From Oligoflexales bacterium (GTDB taxonomy: Bacteria > Bdellovibrionota_B > Oligoflexia > Oligoflexales > Bog-1112), in the NCBI GenBank assembly GCA_045105515.1, contig JBGCDR010000135.1, forward strand, positions 1-19,114: 19,114 nucleotides of DNA, written 5' to 3'. A program made the translations under genes and the position numbers. Shown here one piece after another: positions 1 through 8,201 of the stretch. Each line of letters opens with the position of its first letter. Positions within the stretch are counted from its first letter, which is position 1. The notes under the pieces were generated by a model that was given only the letters and a program-made list of their open reading frames with translations, was not told the DNA's origin and searched no databases.

Positions 1-94
1 CGCAGCTTCTTCAAAGTTAAGAGTCAGAATTGATAAGCTTCGTGATGAAATAGGTTACGCAGCAGCAGGTCTTTGGAACTATAAAATAACATAA
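1..94 (+). CDS. 3' end of an unidentified CDS running in from the left edge (…AASSKLRVRIDKLRDEIGYAAAGLWNYKIT*)
   Basis: Frame starting at base 2 is open to TAA at 92-94. The residue composition is protein-like, and it ends 22 bp before the stop of the convergent regulator gene. Confidence 0.5.
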   Translation, partial: AASSKLRVRIDKLRDEIGYAAAGLWNYKIT

Positions 95-116
95 ATTAAG
101 CTACCAAAGGGTTTTA

Positions 117-1601
117 TCAATTGTTAGACAACTCTATTGAGGTTATCTCGCTAACCTTAATATCGTGTTTCTTAATAAGTCGGTATATGTTTGCACGAAA
201 TTGACCTGAGAGCCTGGCGGCCTCAGTAATATTTCCAGAAGAAATTTTTAGAATTTTTTTGATGTAGGTTTTTTCGAATAGTTTTTTTGCTTCCATGAAA
301 TTTTCAGGCATCGTAAAAAATTCATGACCATTTTCATCTTGATTCAAGCTGATGGAAGATTTTTCGAGTTCCTTGAAAGGTAATAAATCTTCTAGGCGCA
401 TCTCGTTTGAGTCAGCAAGGATTACAGCCCTCTCTATAGCATTGCGCAGTTCTCTAATATTACCTGGCCAAGAGTAGCTTTTGATGCGGGCAAACACATT
501 GCTATTAGGACGGCGAATTTTTTTATTGAATTTTTGATTAAAAATCTGAACAAAGTTTTCAACTAGGCTTTCTATATCTTCTTTCCTGTCCTTAAGAGAT
601 GGGAGGTGCATGTGTAAGACCGAGAGGCGATAGAACAGATCTTCGCGGAACTTTCCCTTGTCACGTTCATAGTCTAAATCTCGGTTTGTCGCAGCAATGA
701 CACGTGTATTGACTTTTACAGTATTGCAAGAACCAACAGGCGTTACCTCGCGTTCTTGAAGTACGCGAAGAATCTTTGCTTGCAATTGTAGAGGCATTTC
801 GCCAATTTCATCTAGAAATAAGGTCCCCTTGCTGCAAATTTCAAAAAATCCTTTGCGGTTTTCTTTTGCATCAGTAAAAGCGCCTTTTTTATGACCGAAT
901 AGTTCGGCTTCTAAGAGGCTAGGAGAAAGCGCAGCACAATTTATAGCAAGAAAAGGTTGCGATGATCGTTTAGATAAGTTGTGGATTGCCTTCGCAATGA
1001 GTTCTTTACCTGTTCCTGATTCCCCACTTATTAGCACTGTGGAGTCAACATCTCGAATTCTATAGATTTTATTGATAATTTTAGTTAATTGGGTGCTCTT
1101 GCCAATGATTCCCAGTTTTTCTGTGTCAATTAAGGGAGTCACATCATCTTCATTTTCGATAGAAATAATTGAAGTGAATTTTTTGAGAAATTCATTAGGT
1201 GTATCTGTTTTAAGTAAAAATCCGGAAACACCAAGCTTCATAGCATCCACTGCCAGATTTACGGAGTCATGGGAAGTCAAGATGATTATTTGGGTAAGGG
1301 GTGCAGTTTGAATAATCTCCGAAACTGCCTCTAAGCCAGTTCCGTCACCAAGGTAGATATCCAAGATGATCGTGTCATAATATCTAGATAAAATCAATTT
1401 TCTAAGTGATTTTAAACTATCAGCTTCATCAACACTACAACCAATGCTCCTTAGCAAATTTGCATAAAGGTTAATGATATCATGGTTGTCGTCGACTATA
1501 AGCACTCTATTTTTCCTGAGTGGGTGTTTACCTTTCTGGCTTGCAGATTCGAGTTTGGGCGTTAGTTCGCATTGATTACCAATATCCTGTGATAGAGTCA
1601 T
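117..1601 (-). CDS. Sigma-54-dependent two-component response regulator (NtrC family: REC + AAA+ + Fis-type HTH)
   Basis: Receiver: VLIVDD…IILDIYL. AAA+: Walker A GESGTGKE, GAFTDA loop, Walker B LFLDEIGE, RVIAATNRDL, FREDLFYRL, WPGNIREL. C-terminal HTH: GNITEAARLSG…IYRLIKK. Start moved to ATG at 1601 (MTLSQD), which has AGGA upstream; the ORF-track start at 1688 has no evident RBS. Confidence 0.95.
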   Translation of the reverse strand: MTLSQDIGNQCELTPKLESASQKGKHPLRKNRVLIVDDNHDIINLYANLLRSIGCSVDEADSLKSLRKLILSRYYDTIILDIYLGDGTGLEAVSEIIQTAPLTQIIILTSHDSVNLAVDAMKLGVSGFLLKTDTPNEFLKKFTSIISIENEDDVTPLIDTEKLGIIGKSTQLTKIINKIYRIRDVDSTVLISGESGTGKELIAKAIHNLSKRSSQPFLAINCAALSPSLLEAELFGHKKGAFTDAKENRKGFFEICSKGTLFLDEIGEMPLQLQAKILRVLQEREVTPVGSCNTVKVNTRVIAATNRDLDYERDKGKFREDLFYRLSVLHMHLPSLKDRKEDIESLVENFVQIFNQKFNKKIRRPNSNVFARIKSYSWPGNIRELRNAIERAVILADSNEMRLEDLLPFKELEKSSISLNQDENGHEFFTMPENFMEAKKLFEKTYIKKILKISSGNITEAARLSGQFRANIYRLIKKHDIKVSEITSIELSNN

Positions 1602-1777
1602 GATACTTCCTGATCGAAATGAAAATTGGATTGCGTTCAAGTATTGATAATTGGAAGCCATTATGCTGGTCAGTTTGCTCCTACCCAATTGTAGTATATG
1701 AAATTAGGTATGTTTTGTTCAAGGTATTTCATCCGCTTTAGAAAACTGGCATGCATCTAGTGTACAGCATGGCTAAT

Positions 1778-2059
1778 TTAAGGTATTTGAAAAGATTTAT
1801 AGAGAGTGACTATGCCAATAACAATAAAAATACTCCCTCCTACTCTTTCTAACATTTTAATGGAGACGAAGTGCCCCAAACTGGCACCTGCAAGCACTCC
1901 AATCGCTGAAGCAAGTACCAGTGCACTCGCAGAACCAATGAAAACGTCAAGTGTGGAAGGAGAGGAAGTGGAAGCTCCAAAAGTAATCAACTGTGTTTTA
2001 TCTCCCAGCTCAGCTATAAAAACAGCGACGAAAGTAGATAATATGACTTTAAAATCCAT
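1778..2059 (-). CDS. TMEM165/GDT1 (UPF0016) family membrane protein, single-repeat (half-size) form; putative Mn2+/Ca2+ transporter subunit
   Basis: Signature AELGDKTQL (E-x-G-D-K-T) present once; three hydrophobic segments; 93 aa; AAGGG upstream. Confidence 0.9.
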   Translation of the reverse strand: MDFKVILSTFVAVFIAELGDKTQLITFGASTSSPSTLDVFIGSASALVLASAIGVLAGASLGHFVSIKMLERVGGSIFIVIGIVTLYKSFQIP

Positions 2060-2076
2060 GGCTTAATACCCTTGAT

Positions 2077-2952
2077 TTAAAACATTTTTTTTATATTGCG
2101 CCGTTTATTCCGCCTGAGAAGAGGCCTACGAGTTTGTAGTGGACTTTCTGGTTTTTTACTCGGTATTAATTTACGCTTGGGTTGATTAATTCGAGGTAAA
2201 GGAATTTTTCGCTGATTTTTTAATTCCGAGCTTAGGCCTTCAATTCTACGCTCCAAAATTTGTTGCCAGCTTTTTGTCTCCGATAATTCTAGTTGGAGTT
2301 GAATAAGAACTTGGTGGTTGCTCTGAATAAGGCCTATAGATTCAAGAAAAGCATCATTGATACTGGCAAGTCTATCTAGTTTAGTTTCTGTTTCCTGCCA
2401 ACCACTTTGGATTTGCTTGACTAAAGGCAGTAAAGTTTTGCTAAAAAATTCTTGCTGTATACGAGATAAGCTAAGTAAATTGCCGCCGTATTGCTTTGTT
2501 AAATTGATCAAATGGCTTTGGCTATCGGCAAGCGATTTGAGTGAACTTTTAGAATCCTGCCCTTTTTGCTCAAGCATTTTAGTGAGGTTTTGCTCGGTAC
2601 AGCTTAGATGGTCTAACAGCGATTTACTTTGTTCTGAGAGCTTTTCTGCTGCAGTATTTAGCATCTGTGATGACTTTTGGTGGCTTGCTGTTGCGCGTGT
2701 CCAACTTAAGTAGTTTTCTACATCATTGGGACGATAAAAGGGTCGAATGTAGCGTTCCACACGTTTGCGGCCAACTCTTAATTCATTTCCAGAAATTTGT
2801 CTAAGTCTCGAACGCTTAATTCCTAATTGCTGCATCACTTCTTCAGCATCGAGGGAGAACTCTTTGAAGTAGGGTTCATCTCCTTTTAACCAAAGGCTAA
2901 GGGGTAGCTGGTCATTACCTGAGACTGTTCCCGGCGTGTCTGATTTTTCCAT
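2077..2952 (-). CDS. Hypothetical protein with N-terminal MerR/excisionase-like helix-turn-helix, central coiled coil and basic C-terminal tail
   Basis: 291-aa ORF. LDAEEVMQQLGIKRSRLRQI…PFYRPNDVENY resembles a winged HTH of the HTH_17/MerR type. Heptad-rich L/Q/E/S middle; K/R/P-rich tail. Consensus-like promoter upstream. Confidence 0.75.
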   Translation of the reverse strand: MEKSDTPGTVSGNDQLPLSLWLKGDEPYFKEFSLDAEEVMQQLGIKRSRLRQISGNELRVGRKRVERYIRPFYRPNDVENYLSWTRATASHQKSSQMLNTAAEKLSEQSKSLLDHLSCTEQNLTKMLEQKGQDSKSSLKSLADSQSHLINLTKQYGGNLLSLSRIQQEFFSKTLLPLVKQIQSGWQETETKLDRLASINDAFLESIGLIQSNHQVLIQLQLELSETKSWQQILERRIEGLSSELKNQRKIPLPRINQPKRKLIPSKKPESPLQTRRPLLRRNKRRNIKKMF

Positions 2953-3005
2953 GTAAAAACAATACCTTAAATCTTGCGAGATTGGCGCTATTCTAGTTAA
3001 GGGCT

Positions 3006-3033
3006 ATTATAATGCAGATGTAGGCTGTTTCAA
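3006..3033 (-). promoter_or_regulatory. Sigma-70-type promoter for the HTH/coiled-coil gene and probably the GDT1 gene
   Basis: Minus strand reads TTGAAA-N16-TATAAT, with the -10 box about 54 bp upstream of the ATG at 2952. Confidence 0.6.
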
Positions 3034-3056
3034 TGGATTTGTATATTTTGAGGCAA

Positions 3057-4394
3057 CTATTTAAACTTAGCTGAGGGCAAACGTTTGGCATTGATCTCCC
3101 AATCATCTATGGTTTTATATTCCCTAAGAAGTTTTTCGTCTTTTTTATTTTCGACAAACAGTTTAATCGCCACATTGTGAAGACCTTCTGTAAAGGAAGT
3201 GAGGTCCAGGGATATGGCGAAGTTCACGGGGCTTTTTCCCAGTGAGTCGGCTGAGCTAGGCCTTGTTTTTAAATACCTTGATGAAGTGTTTTCTTTGTAG
3301 AACATTGGTACGTTTCCATGTCGCTGCATTTGTACTGATGGATCCAATTCAACGTATATCATGTAGTCATCAGATGTTGCTGTAAACCAGTAATGTTTTT
3401 TTACTTTCTTTTTTCCTTTTAAAAAATCAAGAATTGTTTTTTCCTGGTATTCTGGCATGTTAGTCTCGATATCGAGTGTGGAAGGATTGTCGATAAACGA
3501 AAATCCGTAGTAGAATTGACTGCCTTCATTTAAGATTCTTTTTCCATCCAAGGGGTTGTCTATTAATGCGGGAAGTATCACCGAATTAGAAAAGAACGAA
3601 ACCTCTGTATACATGCCAAGGTCAAAGTTCAGTTTCAGAACTTTATAATTAAAGTTGACCCTCGCGATGCAACGAATGGGTCCATCTTTATATGCTTCTA
3701 ATTCGCTATCGATGTTTTCTTGGTTGATGGTCAAAGTTAAAAAGTATTTGAGGTCAGCACGTAAAAACAATGTAGAGGCATCAATTAAGTGGTAAGGCTG
3801 TTTATTGCCATGATTTATAAAAACGTCATTTATGATGAGATAATTGTTTGGATTAAATGCATAGCGATACCTAGAGGTAAGAATCTCTGCATTTTTTAAA
3901 TTAAATGAAATATAGCTCAGTTTTGATGGAGGAGGAGGGTCGCTAAAATATGCCCCAACGTATATAGCTCCTACCTTTTTAGTTTTGGGGTTTATAAATT
4001 TGATTTCATAAAGGACAGAAGGTTTTTTTACGATCCATTTTGTGGGAATTTTTACTGGTCCCACATCATTTCCCATGACGCTCAGCTCGTCTTTAAAATC
4101 GAAGATTCCATTGCTCAATTTCTGATTGGGAAGTGGGCCTTTAGCTAAGATATAGTCCCCATAACGATCCTTTTCATCGATTTGAAAAGGGATAGGGATG
4201 GCCCTTCCATCGGGTGATGATTTAAACACTCGATACATTCCAACAGGATGATATTGGACAGCTCTGATCGTTTGCGCTGAAATTATGATCGGAACGGTAT
4301 GGATTCCAGCATATATGCGAACTGAAGCGAATAGCGAGATAGTGAAGCCACAAATAAGCCACCGCAATGGATTCCCTTCGGGAATTCTAATCAT
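3057..4394 (-). CDS. Hypothetical exported protein (445 aa)
   Basis: Long ORF with an N-terminal hydrophobic segment ending …SVRIYA (signal-peptide-like). The mature part is aromatic and beta-strand-like; no catalytic motif recognised. Confidence 0.8.
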   Translation of the reverse strand: MIRIPEGNPLRWLICGFTISLFASVRIYAGIHTVPIIISAQTIRAVQYHPVGMYRVFKSSPDGRAIPIPFQIDEKDRYGDYILAKGPLPNQKLSNGIFDFKDELSVMGNDVGPVKIPTKWIVKKPSVLYEIKFINPKTKKVGAIYVGAYFSDPPPPSKLSYISFNLKNAEILTSRYRYAFNPNNYLIINDVFINHGNKQPYHLIDASTLFLRADLKYFLTLTINQENIDSELEAYKDGPIRCIARVNFNYKVLKLNFDLGMYTEVSFFSNSVILPALIDNPLDGKRILNEGSQFYYGFSFIDNPSTLDIETNMPEYQEKTILDFLKGKKKVKKHYWFTATSDDYMIYVELDPSVQMQRHGNVPMFYKENTSSRYLKTRPSSADSLGKSPVNFAISLDLTSFTEGLHNVAIKLFVENKKDEKLLREYKTIDDWEINAKRLPSAKFK

Positions 4395-4795
4395 TTGTAT
4401 AAACCTATAGCTAAGAATGATATTAGTTATAATTTAACATGTTAATTCTAAATGATGCTAAGTTTATGAACTTATGAATGATGGAGCGCGAAAGATATGC
4501 TTAGGGCAAGAAAATTAGAAATGAGCAATTTTGTTTCTAAAAGTTGTGCTGTTTTATTGTTTGTCGGAATTTAAGGTGTCTTCATCTTGCCGTTATACCC
4601 AGTTTCGAAGGGATTTCGATAATACTCACTGATAATAGGGTATTAGCTAATAGGAATTAGATTGGAAAATAGGTCTATTTAAAGTAGATCAAATCATAAA
4701 AAATATTAAAAAAAACAAGCAATTAAAATATTTTACCTTTATATAGCTTCTAAGCTACCGACAACATTACTGAGCTGGTGTGATGAAAGATTACA

Positions 4796-7057
4796 ATGAC
4801 CAATAGACAAAAATCGCAAGAAAAATATCGCTCAATTACGGTTAAAATTTGGGCTGGAGTTATTATTATTAGCTCATGTCTTACCTTATTGACGACCTCA
4901 ATACAAGTTTACTCTGAATACCAAGCAGATTTAAGTGAATTAGATAGACGGATGAATCAGATCAAATATACTTATCTCGAACCTATAGCTTATAGCTTAT
5001 GGTCCTATACAGAAGACTTAATTGAAGTGAATCTAAAAGGTTTGATAGAACTTCCTGATATAAAATATGTAAGAATAATAGAAGATGATGATGAAGTAAA
5101 CTATGAATTAGGTAAGAAACCTGATGATTCTATCAAGAAAAAGACTTTTGATTTAATCTATGCCGAAGACCAACTGAATTATAAAGTTGGTAAACTAGAG
5201 GTCGTAGCATCCTTAAAGAGGATCAATAATAAAATTATCGATAAGATCATCTTTGTTCTGATTAGTCAATTTTTTAAGACATTTCTTGCATCATTTTTAA
5301 TTCTATTCTTAATCAATATGCTGGTAACCAGGCATTTACAATCGATGAAAAATTTCTTTGATAAGTATAATCCTAAATCTAAAAGTAAGCAAAAACTCTC
5401 TTTTTATAGGAAAGTTAATAGAAAAAAAGATGATATTGATTATTTAGGCGATTCAATCAATAGCATGGCTGACAACCTCAATGATCTTTATGAGAATATG
5501 GAGCAAAAAATTAATGAACGTACCACCCAGTTGCAAGAAAAAAATCGTGATATCCAGAATATTTTGAATAATATACATCAAGGTATTTTTACCGTTATGG
5601 AGGGGTGTGTAGTTCATCCGGAATATTCCTCTCATTTAGAATCAATCCTCGAAACTAAAAATATCGCCCATAAAGACCTGTGTTCTCTGCTTTTTTTAGA
5701 AAGTGATATATCTGCAAATGAAGTAAATAAGCTTAAATTAACACTTATGATGATGATTGGAGAAAAATATTTTTATACATGGAGCTTAAATAAGCATCTC
5801 TTGATGGATAGAATCGTAAAAAATTTTAAAGGCTGCAGAAAAAAAACCTTGGAGTTATCATGGTCAGCAATTTTAGATAGGGATGATGTTATCGAAAAAA
5901 TACTGATTACTGTTCGGGATGTAACTCAGATTATAGAATTACAGAAGCAGACTGGAGAACAAAAAGAAGAAATGCACATCTTGGAAATCATTTTAAACAA
6001 AGGGCCTAGATATGTTTCAAATTTTATTGAGACGGGCCGAGGATACATCCAAAAAAGTATAAGCTTAGTAAGTCAAGATAAGATTGAGATGAATTTAGTA
6101 AACGAGCTATTTAGAAATATTCACACTATTAAGGGTAATTCTATGACTGCTGGGTTTCAAATACTAGCAGAACGTATTCATCTTTTAGAAGATACCTGCA
6201 AAAAACTACAAAATGATATTTTATCCTTGGACAAAACGAAATTCCTTCAAGATCTAAGGAGAATAGATTATATCCTCATCCAGTACGAAAAAATATTTTT
6301 AGAAAAATTGGGGTCCATAAATAATATTTCAGAAACACTACCATTGCCTAAGAAATTTTTGAATATAGAGATAGATCTTCCAGAAAACCAGAAAAAAATA
6401 TCTATTGAATTAATGAACCAATATTATAAATCTCTTGCGCTAAATTTAGAATCGATTTTAGATCCAATATTAAGAAATTTAAACAAACTATCTAAACAGC
6501 TAGATAAGCTTAATCCTAAGGTGCAAATGATCGACGAGGAAAATATATTTTTTAAGAAAAAATTCTCTAATATTTTGGGAGATGTGCTCAATCATTGTTT
6601 GCGAAACTCTTTAAGCCATGGTATTGGATCGTCCAGGGAAAGAGCTGAATTAGGTAAAAGTGAAAATGGTTTAATAAAAGTACATCTATATAAAAAAAAT
6701 CAAGTTTATATTCTGGAAATAGAAGATGATGGAAGAGGTTTAAATCTAAAATCATTGTGCCAAAAAAGCTCAATAGACATAGATTTAAGCGAAACCAGAC
6801 AGCATCAAAAAATAGCTGAAACAATTTTTAAATCAGGAGTGAGCACTGCGATGAAGGAGTCTGGGGTTTCTGGGCGAGGGGTTGGGATGGATGCAGTCAA
6901 AGCTTTTCTAAAGGAAAACGACTGTGAAATTAAAATATCTTTTCTTGGCCCTCTGAAGGGAGGATTTCGTGCTTTTAAATTTGTTATCGAAATTCCTCAA
7001 AATCAGGTATTAGATACTTATCTTTATAAGGAGAACCAAGATGAACGAGCTGCCTGA
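4796..7057 (+). CDS. Membrane-bound CheA-like sensor histidine kinase (TM-periplasmic sensor-TM-HAMP-PAS-like-Hpt-HATPase; no CheW domain)
   Basis: Two TM segments; HAMP (DDIDYLGDSINSMADNL); signalling helix EQKINERT; Hpt motif LFRNIHTIKGNS. CheA-type ATPase boxes: NHCLRNSLSHGI, IEDDGRGLN, IFKSGVST, SGRGVGMDAVK. Confidence 0.9.
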   Translation: MTNRQKSQEKYRSITVKIWAGVIIISSCLTLLTTSIQVYSEYQADLSELDRRMNQIKYTYLEPIAYSLWSYTEDLIEVNLKGLIELPDIKYVRIIEDDDEVNYELGKKPDDSIKKKTFDLIYAEDQLNYKVGKLEVVASLKRINNKIIDKIIFVLISQFFKTFLASFLILFLINMLVTRHLQSMKNFFDKYNPKSKSKQKLSFYRKVNRKKDDIDYLGDSINSMADNLNDLYENMEQKINERTTQLQEKNRDIQNILNNIHQGIFTVMEGCVVHPEYSSHLESILETKNIAHKDLCSLLFLESDISANEVNKLKLTLMMMIGEKYFYTWSLNKHLLMDRIVKNFKGCRKKTLELSWSAILDRDDVIEKILITVRDVTQIIELQKQTGEQKEEMHILEIILNKGPRYVSNFIETGRGYIQKSISLVSQDKIEMNLVNELFRNIHTIKGNSMTAGFQILAERIHLLEDTCKKLQNDILSLDKTKFLQDLRRIDYILIQYEKIFLEKLGSINNISETLPLPKKFLNIEIDLPENQKKISIELMNQYYKSLALNLESILDPILRNLNKLSKQLDKLNPKVQMIDEENIFFKKKFSNILGDVLNHCLRNSLSHGIGSSRERAELGKSENGLIKVHLYKKNQVYILEIEDDGRGLNLKSLCQKSSIDIDLSETRQHQKIAETIFKSGVSTAMKESGVSGRGVGMDAVKAFLKENDCEIKISFLGPLKGGFRAFKFVIEIPQNQVLDTYLYKENQDERAA

Positions 7058-7083
7058 AAATACTTAAATTCAATTAGTTTATC

Positions 7084-7809
7084 TTAGATAGTTTTTTGAA
7101 AGTAGCTATTAACAATTTTACTAATTTCTCCAGTTTTTTCCAGATCCACTATTATTTTATTGAACTCTTGTATCCTATTTTTATATTTTGATTTTTGTGA
7201 CATCATGAAATGAAGAGGTAAAGGTGCCACTACAAATGAGCTTCCAGTTTCAAAATTGAGCTCCGTTACTACCTTTTGCAAAATATCTAGATCTCCTGCA
7301 ACAGCATCCACTTTTTTATCCTTTAGCATGCGTACTAGGTTTCCATATTTCGCTGCTTTTGTCCTTTTAAATGTGTTATTCCCATCATATGCTGGCCCTA
7401 AAGTAGCCTTTGATAATTCGCCTACTCTTTTTCCTGATAAGTTATTAAGACTTGAAACATTAAAACCTTTTTGCGGCAATATGCCCATTCGTATTGTCCA
7501 GTATTTTTCACCAATTTCGATACCTTTTGCCTTAGGGTCAGGTAAGGTTACAGTCAAATCACAAACTCCAGTAGAAAGATTCTTGATGATTCTTGGGTAT
7601 GGAGCAAAAATAATATTAGATTTTACGTTGGCTTTCTTAGCAAGAGCTTCTAGTATTTCAGCATTAATTCCTTTGTACTCATTGCGAACCTTTTCTCCCC
7701 ATAATTCTAGTTTTATTAGGCAAAAGTTTATTTTTACTTCGGATAAAGCATGCCGGCTAATCAAAGAAATAAAAATTAAAAATATCAAATTCTTAAACAG
7801 ATTCTTCAT
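7084..7809 (-). CDS. Periplasmic substrate-binding protein, family 3 (polar amino-acid type)
   Basis: Signal peptide MKNLFKNLIFLIFISLISRHALS; GINAEILEALAK, PYPRIIKNLSTGVCD, LSGKRVG, MLKDKKVDAVAG, GEISKIVNSY. Start taken as ATG at 7809, with an AAGGA RBS. Confidence 0.9.
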   Translation of the reverse strand: MKNLFKNLIFLIFISLISRHALSEVKINFCLIKLELWGEKVRNEYKGINAEILEALAKKANVKSNIIFAPYPRIIKNLSTGVCDLTVTLPDPKAKGIEIGEKYWTIRMGILPQKGFNVSSLNNLSGKRVGELSKATLGPAYDGNNTFKRTKAAKYGNLVRMLKDKKVDAVAGDLDILQKVVTELNFETGSSFVVAPLPLHFMMSQKSKYKNRIQEFNKIIVDLEKTGEISKIVNSYFQKTI

Positions 7810-7904
7810 TAATATTTTCCTTAATGGCTTTGAAATTTCTTCATCAACTATTTTAACATGTGATGAAAATCTCTCCCCAATAAGGAGAACTAGACCTGAA
7901 TAAT

Positions 7905-7921
7905 ACCTTGTGGCACAAGGT
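7905..7921. promoter_or_regulatory. Perfect inverted repeat ACCTTGTG-G-CACAAGGT, candidate transcription-factor operator
   Basis: 8-bp arms with a 1-nt spacer, in the divergent intergenic region between the SBP and RNase genes. The spacer is too short for an RNA hairpin of full length. Confidence 0.4.
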
Positions 7922-8201
7922 GGAACCAATGAAAATTACTAAAATGAAGTTTAGGATATTTGGGAGTTTTGCTTTAGTAAGGATAGGTGAGAGCATTCGG
8001 CGGATCAAAATTTTGCAAATTCCAACTTAACGCTAGAAGTACGAGTTTGCCTGACGTATACTTCACCTGCCCAAAACTTTATTGAAAGGGAGGTGTTACC
8101 CAGTTTAAGTTTCGAGCATTATCCCAAACATAGGTCTACTATTCACATACATCTAAAGTTGGTATTCACTTTAAGAATCATTTTACATAGGATGACCCTA
8201 A

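Noticed and set aside
117..1601. Calling the regulator ntrC because GSIII is in the window
   Set aside because: It lies over 13 kb from GS with no ntrB adjacent and no NtrC box seen; only family-level assignment is supportable.
1602..1688. N-terminal extension of the regulator in the ORF track
   Set aside because: TTG start without an evident RBS; the ATG at 1601 has AGGA at suitable spacing.
4434..4680. Short palindromes (TTAACATGTTAA 4434-4445, TATTAGCTAATA 4641-4652) and three AATAGG copies upstream of the kinase
   Set aside because: AT-rich words are plausible by chance in this spacer, and the spacing is irregular; not CRISPR-like.
4738..4764. Sigma-28 promoter (ACCGACAA resembling GCCGATAA) before the kinase
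   Set aside because: Two mismatches in the -10 and TTTA rather than TAAA at -35; too weak to call.
7810..7929. 40-aa N-terminal extension of the SBP in the ORF track
   Set aside because: It would bury the signal peptide; the ATG at 7809 has a good RBS.
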